DNA from: Phoronis australis
Taxonomy: Eukaryota; Animalia; Phoronida
Assembly (NCBI GenBank): GCA_002633005.1
Contig: NMRA01000029.1
Location: forward strand, 1,469,796 to 1,533,795
Reading direction: 5' to 3'
Length of the DNA stretch: 64,000 nucleotides
Positions 1 through 13,590 of this stretch are shown one piece after another. The notes beneath the pieces are model-generated. The model was not told where the DNA came from and did not search any database. It saw only the letters and a program-made list of their open reading frames with translations. Numbering within the stretch: position 1 is the stretch's first letter; every line of letters begins with the position of its first letter. Position numbers and translations under genes: made by a program.

Positions 1-443
1 ATCTCTCGCCTCCTTCGATGAGTTGATGTAAAATGCTAATGGCAGGAACTCTGGTCACGGTGCCACGCGTTTGTCTATGATGTCTGTGCCCTTGTTCCAT
101 GCCGAAGGCATTTTTTATCTGGCGCCACCTTGCTTGTTAAAGGAAGGCCCAGGGCTTGTGTGTAAATAGCCTCCCGTACTGCTCTGTCAAACCAGTTCTT
201 TCCTTTGCCTAAGATCTCAACGTTTTTCATTGCAGGACTCATGTACAGTCATGCAAATAGTTGTACAGAGCAGTTGAAATGCTTTCCCCGGCTTCTGGGT
301 TGGTACAGCGCGTTCTTGAAGGTTTTTTCAGTCTCACCCGACACAGCAAGGGGCACGTCGTTCTCCATCATGGTGCATTCCATAAACTACACTGTACACA
401 GCTAATGAGGTCTCCTGCTTGTCTTCGGGGTGCTGTACATTAG
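1..443 (-). mobile_element. Penelope-like retroelement fragment (degenerate GIY-YIG endonuclease C-terminus)
   Basis: Minus-strand translation across frameshifts gives GETEKTFKNALYQ...STALYNYLHD...MKNVEILGKGKNWFDRAVREAIY...SFNKQGGAR...PSAWNK, matching the Penelope GIY-YIG pattern (GETxR, NVxIL, WFERxVKEAIYI, LNRDGG). Confidence 0.75.
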
Positions 444-1557
444 TTTGTCAAGTTGGCCCAATAAAGACATGGCATTAAGTGAGAGTCAGGAAACGATCAG
501 TCCCATGGCCACTTTCCAGATTTCGCTGTCATGAGCATTAGGGGTTCGTCACAATTGCGTTACCGGTCTTAGTCATCGATCTCAAACTCCCCTTACCGTC
601 GCAATCATTCAAACTGCTTCCTAACCGCCGCAACTCGAGCCTCCTACCGATCGACATAATCTATCCACTCCGTAATTTTCGAGGGTCCGGTGTGGCAACG
701 AGGAGGGGGCCCCGAATTTGAAAATTCCAGACATTGTGCCCTGTACACTTTTCCAAAACGTTATTAGGAATTGTTTTTGAATTGATTCATTTTGTATCAG
801 AAGCAATCAAAAACATTTTTATTTTTAAGAAAAATCCTTAAAACGAAAAAGAAATTGTCAGCTAAAAACTGTAGGAGCGTTTATGAGATTTCATCTTGAC
901 TGAAATTTCATCACTTGTTTCTTATACCACCGTTTTCCAATGTTTGCACCTTTGCTTTTACTAAACTTTACTAAAAACACATGGTCACGCCACTCAGTCA
1001 AAACCAGACTGGTATAAAGCCGAAAATCATATTCAACGGATGCCTGCTTTCAGAAAATATCTCCCTTTCATCACTCTTTCATTAGTTTGGTGGCTCTGCA
1101 AAAGTTATTGTTGAGCATGAACACTGTTCAAGGTCATCAAAAAATTCTACCTCCTGACAGTCTGATCGACATGGTTGTGCGACGTTTCCCTCTCCAACAA
1201 CAATGATTTTATAATAATAATCTCCAAACTAAATAAATTTCTTGGAATTCTTTTAGAGAACATAACAATACACTATCGTTATAAAACCATCCATAATATT
1301 GGCTTCCCATAATTCACAGAAAGTGGTCTTCAAGTTCTTCAAATTCCCATCCATTCGATAAAAGTCACGGCTACTGTGTTGTGTTGTTCAACGTACACAA
1401 TGTCACATTATTGGTTAGTGTGAGAGCATGATCATGGTCGGGGGGCGTTTTTCCGACCAAATTCAAATTATATGTTCCTCCCTTCGTGAATGGTTGACGC
1501 CGGGTTTATAAGGGGCAAAGAGGCAACGATCGCGGACCCCTTCCGAAGGGGGGACTC

Positions 1558-1692
1558 CAGGGGCGGATCCAGAATTTTGAGTTGGGGGGAGGATTTTGCC
1601 GTCAGACATTCGCACCCCAGAACTGCCAAATGGAATCTGGGAGAATCTTAGAAGGGCATGGCACCCTTGGCCTCCCTCTAAATCCGCCAGTG
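1558..1692. mobile_element. Short MITE (CAGGGGCGGATC...ATCCGCCAGTG family)
   Basis: Imperfect terminal inverted repeats; GACTC on both flanks (1553-1557, 1693-1697); a related copy lies at 43312-43445. Confidence 0.65.
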
Positions 1693-3431
1693 GACTCAAT
1701 ATGAAATTTCCACGCCGGTTTGAGATTTACATATTATCCGGTACTAAAACGGAAAAGGAGCAGTTTATTCTATTCCTCAAACAATGGACCGTGAACAGTA
1801 AAACATTTCATAAATACTTCCTTTCTTGTAGGACTAAATAATATATTTCTTATCTATTACTGCAGGGTTCTCATGTTCTAAATCAGAAATCTGTAAACAA
1901 CGAGGTTTTCGTGATGTCAACTGTCACACATGTTGAGCAGTGAGAGGGCACTGTAAGCGACACGATTAACCAATCACAAACGGAGAAACCCATTTCCGCG
2001 GTAAACGCAAATTGTACTTGTTCCAGCTCGAATTGGCTGTTAGACAAGAAGTAACGTTACACGCTTTAACCCAAGTCATTTAAGTTGTCAAGCTTGAATC
2101 TGGCCATGAAAAGTGAAAACAGTAGGCATGCGTCAGAGTATATTTCACAGTATTTCCCGTGGTCAGCGGAAAAATAATCAATTTCCTGAGGATTTTTAAA
2201 ATCGGTCAAGTTTAGCCTAGATTAATGAACTTTATTTTGTTTATTAAGTTGTTTATTTAAAAAAATATGTCCATTTAAAAGTGTATCATTTAAGAACAGA
2301 TTTTGAAAACACTGATTTGCAATGTAATGCATTTTGGTTGTTTTATGTGACTTCTGCAGCGGGTACGATCGTAACGGAAAGCAGCGCTACGCCAACTGCA
2401 ATCAAACCACTACCAAAGCCGAAGCTCTATTGGTGTTCCCCCACTCAACACTTTCCCAGCAATTTTCATTACATCTTTGAATACTCTTAAAATGATTGCA
2501 ATCAACGAAAACTGAGCAACTTAGAAGTACATATTAAAACTCGAATACTACGGCATGCAACGGACCAATGTTCAATTTTGACTAGGCTCACTCAAAATGT
2601 TTAAAAGGTGTTATTGCTGAATGGAAATGACTTGACTGCGTACCCGTCATCTGTGGAGCGCCGTAGGTGGCGAAGGGATACAAATGTTGGCAGACGTGTG
2701 GGTCAGAGTTTGACGAAGTTGAATTTGTGTGGCATTGGGCACCTACCAATGACACTGTGGTATGTCAGGACTGTGACTTAAGATAAGTTACGAACTTCTA
2801 CCGGGTGATAGCCGAAGACTAGAAGGTAATCCAGAATTAATATCCGTTTTGATACCACTTTTCCTGCTATACATGTAGTTCTTCACCGGTCTTCTCACAC
2901 ACATTCAGTTCATCTCTTGTTTAGTATTTAAACCTCGCCGTCTCTAACGGAAGGTAGTTTTACATTGAACCACTAGGCTGCAGTGTGAATAAAAAGCTAA
3001 CATTTACTTCATTTGACCTATTTGGCAACCGACAGAAAGAAATGTTTGTCGCATTCTCGATTATTAGTTGTACCTTTCCGACGAATTCTGCCTCCCAGTA
3101 AAAATCGGTGAAATGCAACTTTACAATACTATTCACTAACAGCTCGTGGTGGTTGCTTCTCTGGTATGCAACAACTTCCAGGCATACTAAATAAGGTTCA
3201 TAGAAAGACACGTTCCAACTAATAACAAACTGACATACACAATGACGCATCGCACGGATGCCAAACACAGTTCACCGTGCATGAAAACAAAGCTGGCACG
3301 GAATGATTCAGGCCGCGAACGTCCATCCGCCGGTATAGTTACGCATAGGTAATCGGAGCCCGGGGAAATCATTTAACTTGGGCATTTATCTAGGATAACC
3401 AGAAAATCGCAATTCAACGAAAAATGACACT

Positions 3432-4209
3432 GGTAATTGTTTACAATATGACGACATTGACTTACACAAATGATTTTGGTATTGTTCGATTCCTTGCAAC
3501 GTTATGTTTCTAAAAATACAACGAATTTTTTTCTACCCTGCTCCCTTAGTATTTTATCGTGAAATTTCTGTTCGGACTATTTCCCGGTACTCGGTAGTAA
3601 CACCGCCATGTTGAATGGAAGGAGTCACCTGGCGGTCAAAAACTGAACTAATCTACCGACTTCTGCAGATTGTCGCTTTTCATAAGTTCAAATTGACCGA
3701 AACCCGTCTATCTCCTGTTTGAGTTACGGTCCCAAGGGTTCGAATTCGATCCTATGGTGACCCTGGTACGCATCTGCTAGCAAGAATCCGCGAAAAAGCG
3801 GAGGTTGTTTATGAGGTCCCAATTGGTGAACAGGGTTTCACTTCAAACAATTTTCGTGGAAAAATGATCAAATGGTCACAATTATAAAAAATTGGAAAAG
3901 GTGAAATGCCGGTACTTGTTCCTCCATATTATGTCGGGGAAAACTAGCGGGAATCTCGCGCGGGCAAACACCATTCAGAATCAATGATGCTGTTTCATTC
4001 ATTAACAACAGGTGTCGCTGTAATCTTGAGTTGAGCTAACATGGCGGTGTCAATCGGGAAATAGTGCGACCCGAAATTCGACAATAAAATACGGAGGAAT
4101 CGCGGTAGGGGAAACATTCATATGTTTTTGGAAAGATAACGTTGAGAAGAATCGAACGATACCAAAATCATTTGTGTAAGTCAATGTCGTCATATTGTAA
4201 ACAATTACC
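3432..4209. mobile_element. Merlin-like non-autonomous DNA transposon (MITE, 778 bp)
   Basis: Long imperfect TIRs (~180 bp) starting GGTAATTGTTTACAATATGACGACATTGAC and ending GTCAATGTCGTCATATTGTAAACAATTACC; exact 8-bp TSD ATGACACT at 3424-3431 and 4210-4217. GG..CC termini with 8-9 bp TSD fit Merlin. Confidence 0.8.
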
Positions 4210-4765
4210 ATGACACTTAAGTCGGTTGCCATGCCCTTTACGTGGACGGTTGACGGCTGAGGAGGGAAGAGTCTTGTAACTCGCAAGTCGATAAATCTGA
4301 TGTGCTTTGCATGATAATTCAACATTTCAACTTGTCTCTCTATAAATTGTATGAGAAAACTATTTGTTCAATTCCCACTGAATCATTTGAATAGGAGACT
4401 TTTCATGTCTGTGCTCTCTAGAGTAATAGAGAGCACGAAATTGACTTCTGAGTTATCCCTACTGAGATTTGGTGGACAGGAATTCAATTACTGAGTGGAT
4501 CATATACAAACACTTTCAGCCCCTTTCCATTGTTTGATTATGTTAAGTTCACAAATTTAATTAGCTTTCTGACACCGGTTGGGATCAAAAATTTCCCGCT
4601 TTACCAGTGGCAGCCGCAGGCTTTGACGCGGCTCCATCTTCACAGTGGGAAATGTATGAAGCAGGACACCCTCGCTCATCAAATGATATTTCAAAAGGTT
4701 TTCCGTTTTTTGTAAGGCATTGGTACATCCCACCAAACAGCAGTGGAAATTTGTCGGTATCAATA

Positions 4766-4955
4766 TAGCAGGAAAGGTGTTAAAATGTTGTTTATAATAG
4801 TACGTTGAAACCTACCGTCCGCAATACGTGGGATTTATAGGTGGTTCTGAAATTCCTTGGCCGTAGCAGGAAAGGTGTCAAAACGCTGCTTATGCCAACA
4901 GGCTGAAACCTCCGGTCCGCGCATTATATGGAATATGTAGATGGTCCTGAATGCC
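4766..4955 (+). repeat. Two-unit diverged tandem repeat, period 98 bp
   Basis: TAGCAGGAAAGGTGT..AAA..TGAAACCT..GTCCGC..GGT.CTGAA recurs at 4766 and 4864. Confidence 0.7.
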
Positions 4956-7409
4956 TATCCACCAAAGGCCTGATCGGCGTCTGGAGGGTTAGAAAATTTC
5001 AAAGTGGCGCGTCTACTTTATAAATCACTTCGTTGTTCTTTTTGAGTAACATTATGAAATGATAAAATACGGACACAAATCACATCGTAGATTGATATAG
5101 ACGAAAAACTCAGCTGTATGTAAAAAATCTGACCAAGTGGCTTCGTTTTCAAGTTGTTCACTCGGCTATGCTAATGCCGGATGCGAGACGAAAGTTGGCG
5201 TACCAGTGCCGACGTCACCGCTGAAGATTGCTCGCGAATGTAAAAAGGCTGTTAAAATTGATTAAGTTTTTCATACTACATTCATGTTGCTCAGAAACAT
5301 CAGCACATTTATATTAAGCCACTTAACGCGGATACTGCGCTGGTGTTAATTCGATTTAAATGTGCAGCACTGAGGCAAATCGAGTATCATACGGACTGTA
5401 CAGTCACGTTATCCTATTTGTATGGGCAGAATAATGTCAAAATAAGAAAAACAATAATTGTTTGTTTGTTCTTAACAACTTTTCTGTAAATGCTTAACTA
5501 AACAACAAACATGCCAATTATGAGCGCAAGCCGCCAAATTACACTCATCTGTGACCACGCGAGGATATCATGTAACAGCCCCGATAATGAGAAATTGTAC
5601 TTTTCTTGTCACAAAAATATAAATTGCAAGTGGAATTTCTAGTTCACAGACCATTAGACACTTGCCGTACCTGGAACTTCGTCAATAGATTTGTCATGTC
5701 GTCAAGAGTCCTGTTTACCAGGGAATATGATCTGAGACCCTATTGTGTGGAATAGAGTAATTACCGCAGTAACGACTGCTTCATGGCAATAGAACACTGT
5801 AATGATTGTGCCGTGGACTAAAACTGGTGAATTATTTCAACTGTTTAGATGCTGAAATTGAATGCCTCATAATAAAAAGATAAGTTAGGGTCATCATTTT
5901 ACCCGAATGCGATAAAAACTACCCAAACTGTTCGCGTTTGTTTCAGTTCTTTGGTACCCGTTGGTGAATGGTTTTAGTAACCTTTAAGTGAGTCATCATG
6001 CCGAACAAGAGGGCGCGGTAACACTTAATAATCAACAAGATTGATATTTGGATTAAAGATCGAGTTAGAATCGCTGTCGAATTTTGATGCAGATGACACC
6101 ATAATCGTCGTGTTTGTTCTGTTTTTTGACATTACCGGTGCTTAGTCAGAGTACGTAATGTCAACAGTAGTGGCTAACTAGTAACTTAACGTTATGTAGA
6201 GCCTTAGAAAAATTTCAATTTTGTCCTACTTTGGAACGTAGTATCTCAGAAATGGCTTATCGGGTTCACATTAAGCGTTTAGATACTTTGCTTTATACAT
6301 GTATACTATTCTCCAAAAGTTTTTAAGGAATTGTTTTTTAAAACGTTCAAGTTGGCACAAGGGGTATCAAAATATGACTTTTTAAAAATTGCACAAAACG
6401 AAAGCGGAACAAGTTGAAAACTGAAACAGAATTTTGGGATTTTATCTTGAACACTTATGTCATACGAAATTGGGTTATCTTATTGATACTGATAATTTGG
6501 TATTCATACCTTTTTCTTTGCTAATTTTCCTAACAGAGGAATATCACGTGACCTAGTTGGTGACACACTAATATAAAGTGAAAATCAAATTCTACGAAAT
6601 GCCTACTTTCAGAAAATACGTTTGTTGAGTTAAAAATTGATAGTTTTATTGAATTGTGAATAGGTAAATGAAGTACTAATTTACAAACAACTCCGGGCAC
6701 TCCCGCCAGGTGGTGCCGGGAACCATCCGAAAATCATTAACCATTACAATCTCGGTAAAGTCTCGTTTTGCGAGACTATATTTATGTAAATGAGTATGGT
6801 AATATTTCATCATGGCCGACAACTGAAGTCTGGCTACTCGGCCGACAATCCTCACGGTGACCACAACGAAAACATTCGTCACTAGGTCACGGTGACGCTT
6901 GCAACAAATTTAAAAATTGATGCATAGCATCTTTAAATTCTTCAGTTTTGTGGAAATTTGGTTAAAGTGGTAGACTTGTCGATAAGGTCCTAACCTCAAT
7001 GAGTTGAGTGTGTTTGATCACTGTGATTAATTTACAGGACGCAGCACGCACGGACATTCTTGCATAGAAAGAACTGCAGAGCATTGACGTTGATTCTCAG
7101 GGTGCCTTCGGTCGCGGAACCGAAATTCCCGACTGGTGCCTGGAGAAGCTCCATCTTCGCATAAAATATTAGCAAGATCTAATCAACTCTTCTTGAAATC
7201 GCCAAAGCATTTTACCACTAAGTAAAATAATGTAACCATGAACATGACGTGGAGACCATGACTAAATCCAACTGGTTTCTTATGGAAGTGCTCTGTCTAC
7301 ACTGACGTCGGCCGGTACAAAATATGTATAAAATTAGAAGCTTCCTTCTTAAATGAGATATTATATCAGCAACACTGAGTTCCTCGAAACGAAACTTGCT
7401 CTCTTGGCT

Positions 7410-7570
7410 TTTGACAGAGGTCAAGGTCACCGAATTCGAGACGCTTAGCTCAACCACCAATACGCCTTGGTGCAAAATATGTACAGAATCCAAGGATTCC
7501 TGCTTGAGATATCACTCCATTTTTTCCTCTCTGTGACCCTGAAAATGAGGTCAAGGTCGCCGAAATCTCA
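7410..7570. repeat. GAGGTCAAGGTC-type core repeat remnant (Helentron/HINE-like)
   Basis: Two GAGGTCAAGGTC(A/G)CCGAA units about 130 bp apart with an internal TGACCCTG. Confidence 0.45.
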
Positions 7571-9120
7571 TAACTACGGTGCTCATGAAAGCTGGGGTTA
7601 CTTCAAGTTAAATGTCCCATGAAATCCAACAAGAACAAAACCGCCGATACCAGGTGTTTTGTGGCTCGTAGTTTCAATAGGCCTACAATGACAGGACTAC
7701 TATACACTGTATACTACATGTAACCCGTCATGTGTGTGATTTTTTATTTAAAGGCTGTTCAATCTTCATTTAAAGCCAATGACGAATTTGAAATCTTACA
7801 ACGCTAAAAGTGTCAAAACTCGGAGACTAGCTAAGTGGACCAATATTACGGTATGCAAGCCATGGTGTTTTTGCCCGGATCGCTCACGAAAGACATGCAA
7901 CAACATTTATGTACATGTATATATCCTAACGACCTCCGTACTCACTATCGATAACGATTTTTGTGTACGTGAGGTACCGGTACCGGGCCTCTGATGGGGA
8001 TTCGTTGGTGTGGGGCCCGGGTGAAATACTAGTCCTTCGGATCTTACCCCAACTACACTTCAGTGCAAAATATGAACATGCGATCTCAAGCCGCTTGAGA
8101 CATCGCGGCGTTAACAACATCCTGCGCAGTACGTGTGTTGGTGAGTATCGCATCTACCCTGTTTCGTGATTTTAGCGCGCGCGGCCGGGATTGCGTAGCC
8201 CAGCGGATAGATGAAGTTGATTTGCACGGCACGTAGTACGGCGGATAAACTGCACTCACCCGAGTCTTAAAACACATAGTTCCAGCAAAGCCTTCACTTC
8301 CATCTCCTTGTTATCGTTAACATCGTTCACAGCAACAAAGTGACCGGACATACTTTCCTCGAGATCCATACTGGGTCTACTCAGTGAGTGTCCTCTTAGT
8401 CCGACGAGATAAATGAGTTCAATCTTCTGTCCGGCTAATGTTGCCCGTTCCTAACATTAAGCTCTGACGATTAATAATATATCGGTCAGCCGGCTCTGTA
8501 CGTCGTCTGCGATTTGCAATCAAAACACGTAGACTATACAGTGCGAGATATTCCAAATGTCTTATTGTGCAATTGCTATTCCACAGTGAAACATCGAGTC
8601 CGGTGAGATAACAATCGCCGAGATGAAATACACAATAACTTCAGTCGAGTCCGAGGCCTCCAGGTCAAAAAAATGAGACAGTATAGCAGGTTTAGAAAAT
8701 TTTCAACGGACGTTTACCCCTCAAGTCTGCGGCCTCTCACTTTATAGTTAGAGCGTCATTTTCTGCGACTAGTGCTTTGAAATTCTGATGCCCATCGATT
8801 TCCGCGGAACTCCACTCGATGGGGCTTTACGAGACAAATTCCTTACAATAATCAATTAAATGCTATGCGTAACGCTTACCAACAATTAACACGTCGTCAG
8901 AATCTCGATGGTGATGTTTGAATGCGAGACTGGTGGTGTTGAATGCTGCTGGGAAGTTCTTTGTAGTCACCAGAACTTATTGCCACAAGGAACGGTTTCG
9001 GAGCAACGATTTGGCCAGCAAGAATGGTACATTTATCTAAGCTAATTCAAAGGAGTGTCTCCGGTGAATCATTTTGTTGCTATATTGCTTCATTATTTGT
9101 CAAACATTATTACAACCCCA

Positions 9121-12100
9121 CTATCGCTCGTGTTGTAGATAGGGCGCATGGAGTTATTCACCAATGTTGCTGGCTCATTACTGAACTCAGCGGAGTGCAA
9201 ATATTTGCATTTTCTGTTCCTGCATATGGCCTGGGCACGGGGAAAGTGCAAAAATCGCTGCGAGAATTTAAGGACACGTCAGAAATATATGCACTTAAGA
9301 AGTTTAAAAATTGATGACTACAAAGTAAGAGTAAATGTATTACACTTCCAAAGCAGTAGGCAATCATTGAGAATGGTATAGTTGGCGCGGTGAAACAATA
9401 ACGGGCCATTCCCGATTTCGAGTTGGTACAAAACCGTTGATACTTAAGTTCAGTCAAGCAACAAACCCATTATCCGGGTTTTTATTGCCATGGAGTTGTT
9501 TTACTGTTTTTTGTGTTCTTATTCAGTGTGCCTGATAGGGTTCTAAGTATTCTATAGACTATTGTAGCCTTCTGCAAGAGAGCTGTATCCCTTTTCGTTA
9601 GCTGAGTGCCGAACACCATTATGATACCTGACATTTTTTCAGCAACTCAATGGAGACATGTCGGGTATTCACTTAGCGGCAGCTTAAGAATGACAGCCTC
9701 TTTGAATGACGCGTATGACAGTCCAGTGCGGACGAAACGCGCGCAAGGTGGAACAAGTTTACTAAAAACCCGAATATGGCGATGAACCGGCTAGTAACGA
9801 TCTCCTTATCCTTGCAAAAGAGTCCTTTCTGGTACCGGCATTTGTAAAGTAGCGGTTTCAGTGCAAATGATTTTATTTCTTGGCACGCACCGGTATGTGC
9901 ATTGTGTTAAGCCTATTACATAGAGGAACGTAAGTTATTGAAGAAGGTCACGGACTAATTCGATTTCTAAAACAATTTGTCACCTGTGAACCTAAATTTT
10001 AGATCCCCCTATCGCCAGCCAACTTCCGCCCCCTGGTTTTTGGTAATTTTGCACCCCTCTCTCCAGCAAAGGTATGTGAACTTTGCTGTTTGAGGGCCGA
10101 CCCCTACGGGATAGCCACCTGAAACCTGAATACCCGTGTCTCAACAAAATTTCACGAGAAGGTTACTTAATACACCTGAACGTGTTACACGCGTTAGGCG
10201 TTTTGGGGCGGGAATTTGACTTCCAGGGGAGTACATGAAGGTACACTTGGAAAGAATGGAGTTTCGGATCCCCTTGTTCGCTTTTTAGGTTTACTTTAAA
10301 CGTCCTTATTGAATCGCGGGTACCCGAGAGTCTGCTGGCTGCCCCCTTCCGGCTCAAATAGCATAGAGCTGATCGAATTTCACCAACGGAAGTTAAAATT
10401 ACCGAAACGACAATTTTGTAGGGAATCACCTCAGATTCTTTATTATCTAATGCACTTTGCTGCTCAGAGGGTCGGATGATAAGGGACGTTTCCGAGTTTA
10501 CTGGCATCATCAGTTGGCTTTTAAAGTCCTTCTTGCAAACTGCCCATGTGGTTCCAGTATCCGAAAATATTTACTACATGAATTCTTATTTTCGACACCC
10601 TTTCTTTATACTCTTTTCGCCTTTCTTGCCAAAAGCGATTTTTTAACAGTATTTGACCCTTCTCTCTGAGCGTATGATTACCGGTTGTCATCGGTTATTT
10701 CCGTACCCACATTTCCGGCTCATCAGTTCAGGAACNNNNNNNNNNNNNNNNNNNNNNNNNNNNNNNNNNNNNNNNNNNNNNNNNNNNNNNNNNNNNNNNN
10801 NNNNNNNNNNNNNNNNNNNNNNNNNNNNNNNNNNNNNNNNNNNNNNNNNNNNNNNNNNNNNNNNNNNNNNNNNNNNNNNNNNNNNNNNNNNNNNNNNNNN
10901 NNNNNNNNNNNNNNNNNNNNNNNNNNNNNNNNNNNNNNNNNNNNNNNNNNNNNNNNNNNNNNNNNNNNNNNNNNNNNNNNNNNNNNNNNNNNNNNNNNNN
11001 NNNNNNNNNNNNNNNNNNNNNNNNNNNNNNNNNNNNNNNNNNNNNNNNNNNNNNNNNNNNNNNNNNNNNNNNNNNNNNNNNNNNNNNNNNNNNNNNNNNN
11101 NNNNNNNNNNNNNNNNNNNNNNNNNNNNNNNNNNNNNNNNNNNNNNNNNNNNNNNNNNNNNNNNNNNNNNNNNNNNNNNNNNNNNNNNNNNNNNNNNNNN
11201 NNNNNNNNNNNNNNNNNNNNNNNNNNNNNNNNNNNNNNNNNNNNNNNNNNNNNNNNNNNNNNNNNNNNNNNNNNNNNNNNNNNNNNNNNNNNNNNNNNNN
11301 NNNNNNNNNNNNNNNNNNNNNNNNNNNNNNNNNNNNNNNNNNNNNNNNNNNNNNNNNNNNNNNNNNNNNNNNNNNNNNNNNNNNNNNNNNNNNNNNNNNN
11401 NNNNNNNNNNNNNNNNNNNNNNNNNNNNNNNNNNNNNNNNNNNNNNNNNNNNNNNNNNNNNNNNNNNNNNNNNNNNNNNNNNNNNNNNNNNNNNNNNNNN
11501 NNNNNNNNNNNNNNNNNNNNNNNNNNNNNNNNNNNNNNNNNNNNNNNNNNNNNNNNNNNNNNNNNNNNNNNNNNNNNNNNNNNNNNNNNNNNNNNNNNNN
11601 NNNNNNNNNNNNNNNNNNNNNNNNNNNNNNNNNNNNNNNNNNNNNNNNNNNNNNNNNNNNNNNNNNNNNNNNNNNNNNNNNNNNNNNNNNNNNNNNNNNN
11701 NNNNNNNNNNNNNNNNNNNNNNNNNNNNNNNNNNCTATCGCTCGTGTTGTAGATAGGGCGCATCGAGTTATTCACCAATGTTGCTGGCTCATTACTGAAC
11801 TCAGCGGAGTGCAAATATTTGCATTTTCTATTCCTGCATATGGCCTGGGAACGGGGAAAGTGCAAAAATCGCTACGAGAATTTAAGGACACTTCAGAAAT
11901 ATATGCACTTAAGAAGTTGAAAAATCGATGACTAAAAAGTTAGAGTAAATGTATTATACTTCCATGCCTACAAAGCAGTACGCAATCATTGAGAATGTTA
12001 TAGTTGGAGCGGTGAAACAATAACGGGCCATTCCCGATTTCGAGCTGGTACAAAAACGTTGATACTAAGTTCAGTCAAGCAACAAACCCATTATCCTGGT

Positions 12101-13145
12101 TTTTATTGCCATGGAGTCTTTTTACTGTTTTCTGTGTTCTTATCCAGTGTGCCTGATAGGGTTCTAAGTATTCTATAGACTATTGTAGCCTTCTGCGAGA
12201 GAGCTGTATCCCTTTTCGTTAGCTGAGTGCCGAACACCATTAGGATACCTGACATTTTTTCAGCACCTCAATGGAGACGAGTCGGGTATTCACTTAGCGG
12301 CAGCTTAAGAATGACAGCCTCTTTGAATGACGCGTATAAAAGTCCAGTGAGGACGAAACGCGCGCAAGGTGGAGCAAGTTTACTAAAAACCAATATGGCG
12401 ATGAACCGGCTGGTAACGATCTCCTTATCCTTGCAAAAGAGTCCTTTCTGGTACCGGCATTTGTAAAATAGCGGTTTCAGTGCAAATGATTTTATTTTTT
12501 GGCACGCACCGGTATGTGCATTGTATTAAGCCTATTACATAGAGGAACGTAAGTTATTGAAGAAGGTCACAGACTAATTCGATTTCTAAAACAATTTGTC
12601 ACCTGTGAACCTAAATTTTAGATCCCCCTATCGCCAGCCAACTTCCGCCCCCTGGTTTTTAGTAATTTTGCACCCCTCTCTCCAGCATAGGTATGTGAAC
12701 TTTGCTGTTTGAGGGCCGACCCCGACGGGATAGCCACCTGAAACCTGAATACCCGTGTCTCAACAAAATTTCACGAGAAGGTTACTTAGTAATACACCGG
12801 CCTGAACGTGTTACACGCGTTAGGCGTTTTGGGGCGGGAACTTGAATTCCAGGGGAGTACATGAAGGTACACTTGGAAAGAATGGAGTTTCGGATCCCCT
12901 TGTTCACTGTTTAGTTTTTCTTTAAACGTCCTTATTGAATCGCGGGTACCCGAGATTCTGCTGGCTGCCCCCTTCCGGCTCAAATAGCATAGAGCTGATC
13001 GAATTTCACCAACGGAAGTTAAAATTACCGAAACGACAATTTTGTAGGGAATCACCTCAGATTATTTATTATCTAATGCATTTTGCTGCTCAAGGGTTCG
13101 GATGATAAGGGACGTCTCCGAGTTTACTGGCATCATCAGTTGGCT
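9121..13145 (+). repeat. Near-identical direct duplicate (9121-10519 vs 11735-13145) flanking a 999-N gap; probable allelic overlap
   Basis: Colinear copies with scattered SNPs and small indels; the second copy starts exactly at the gap edge. Confidence 0.85.
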
Positions 13146-13590
13146 GTGAATCAGTCAACTTTTGTAAATACATCAACATGCACACGTACATGTAAATCAG
13201 CGGAAATCAGAAAGAAGCAAAGAACCTTAAGTAGCAATTTCTGAGAGCCCCTATGGGTGGTTCTACATCGACCGTCACAGATTTTCCGGAAACTTTATGT
13301 GGGCTTGGGCAGCCCTATGATTTTTCTTCTGATCTTTCAAAAATGGCTTTTTTAACACTTATTGCAGTAAAAAAGCTGTCAAATTTGCAAGACTATTGGG
13401 ACATCTTAAAAGCTGGGATTGGTTTTCTTTCTGTGAATGTATCTGACCTTAAAATCCAAAAATACCTTTGATATTTGAGACAGGTATTTTAGTATTTAAT
13501 TACTGGCTTTTCAAAATTTTCAACGGGCAAGTTTTGGACACTTCTATTGAGAAAGCGAGCAAAGAATATAGCATGGATGTGTGAATATGA

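Noticed and set aside
690-6960. Similar segments at ~690-1100 and ~6200-6630 considered as LTR pair
   Set aside because: They are too diverged, lack TG..CA ends, PBS and gag/pol between them; more likely two copies of one dispersed repeat.
8040-8370. Minus-strand ATG-to-GTAAG segment with weak THAP-like words (PPY, IACSYF)
   Set aside because: Needs several frameshifts and no TIRs were found; too weak to call.
10483-10735. Two CTGATGA...GAAA hammerhead-like cores on the minus strand
   Set aside because: Stem II lacks the closing pair, stem I does not pair, and the duplicate copy has GAGA instead of GAAA.
10653-11865. Long ORFs of 355-380 aa in the ORF track
   Set aside because: They consist almost entirely of X from the N gap; the same applies to ORFs at 32918-33490.
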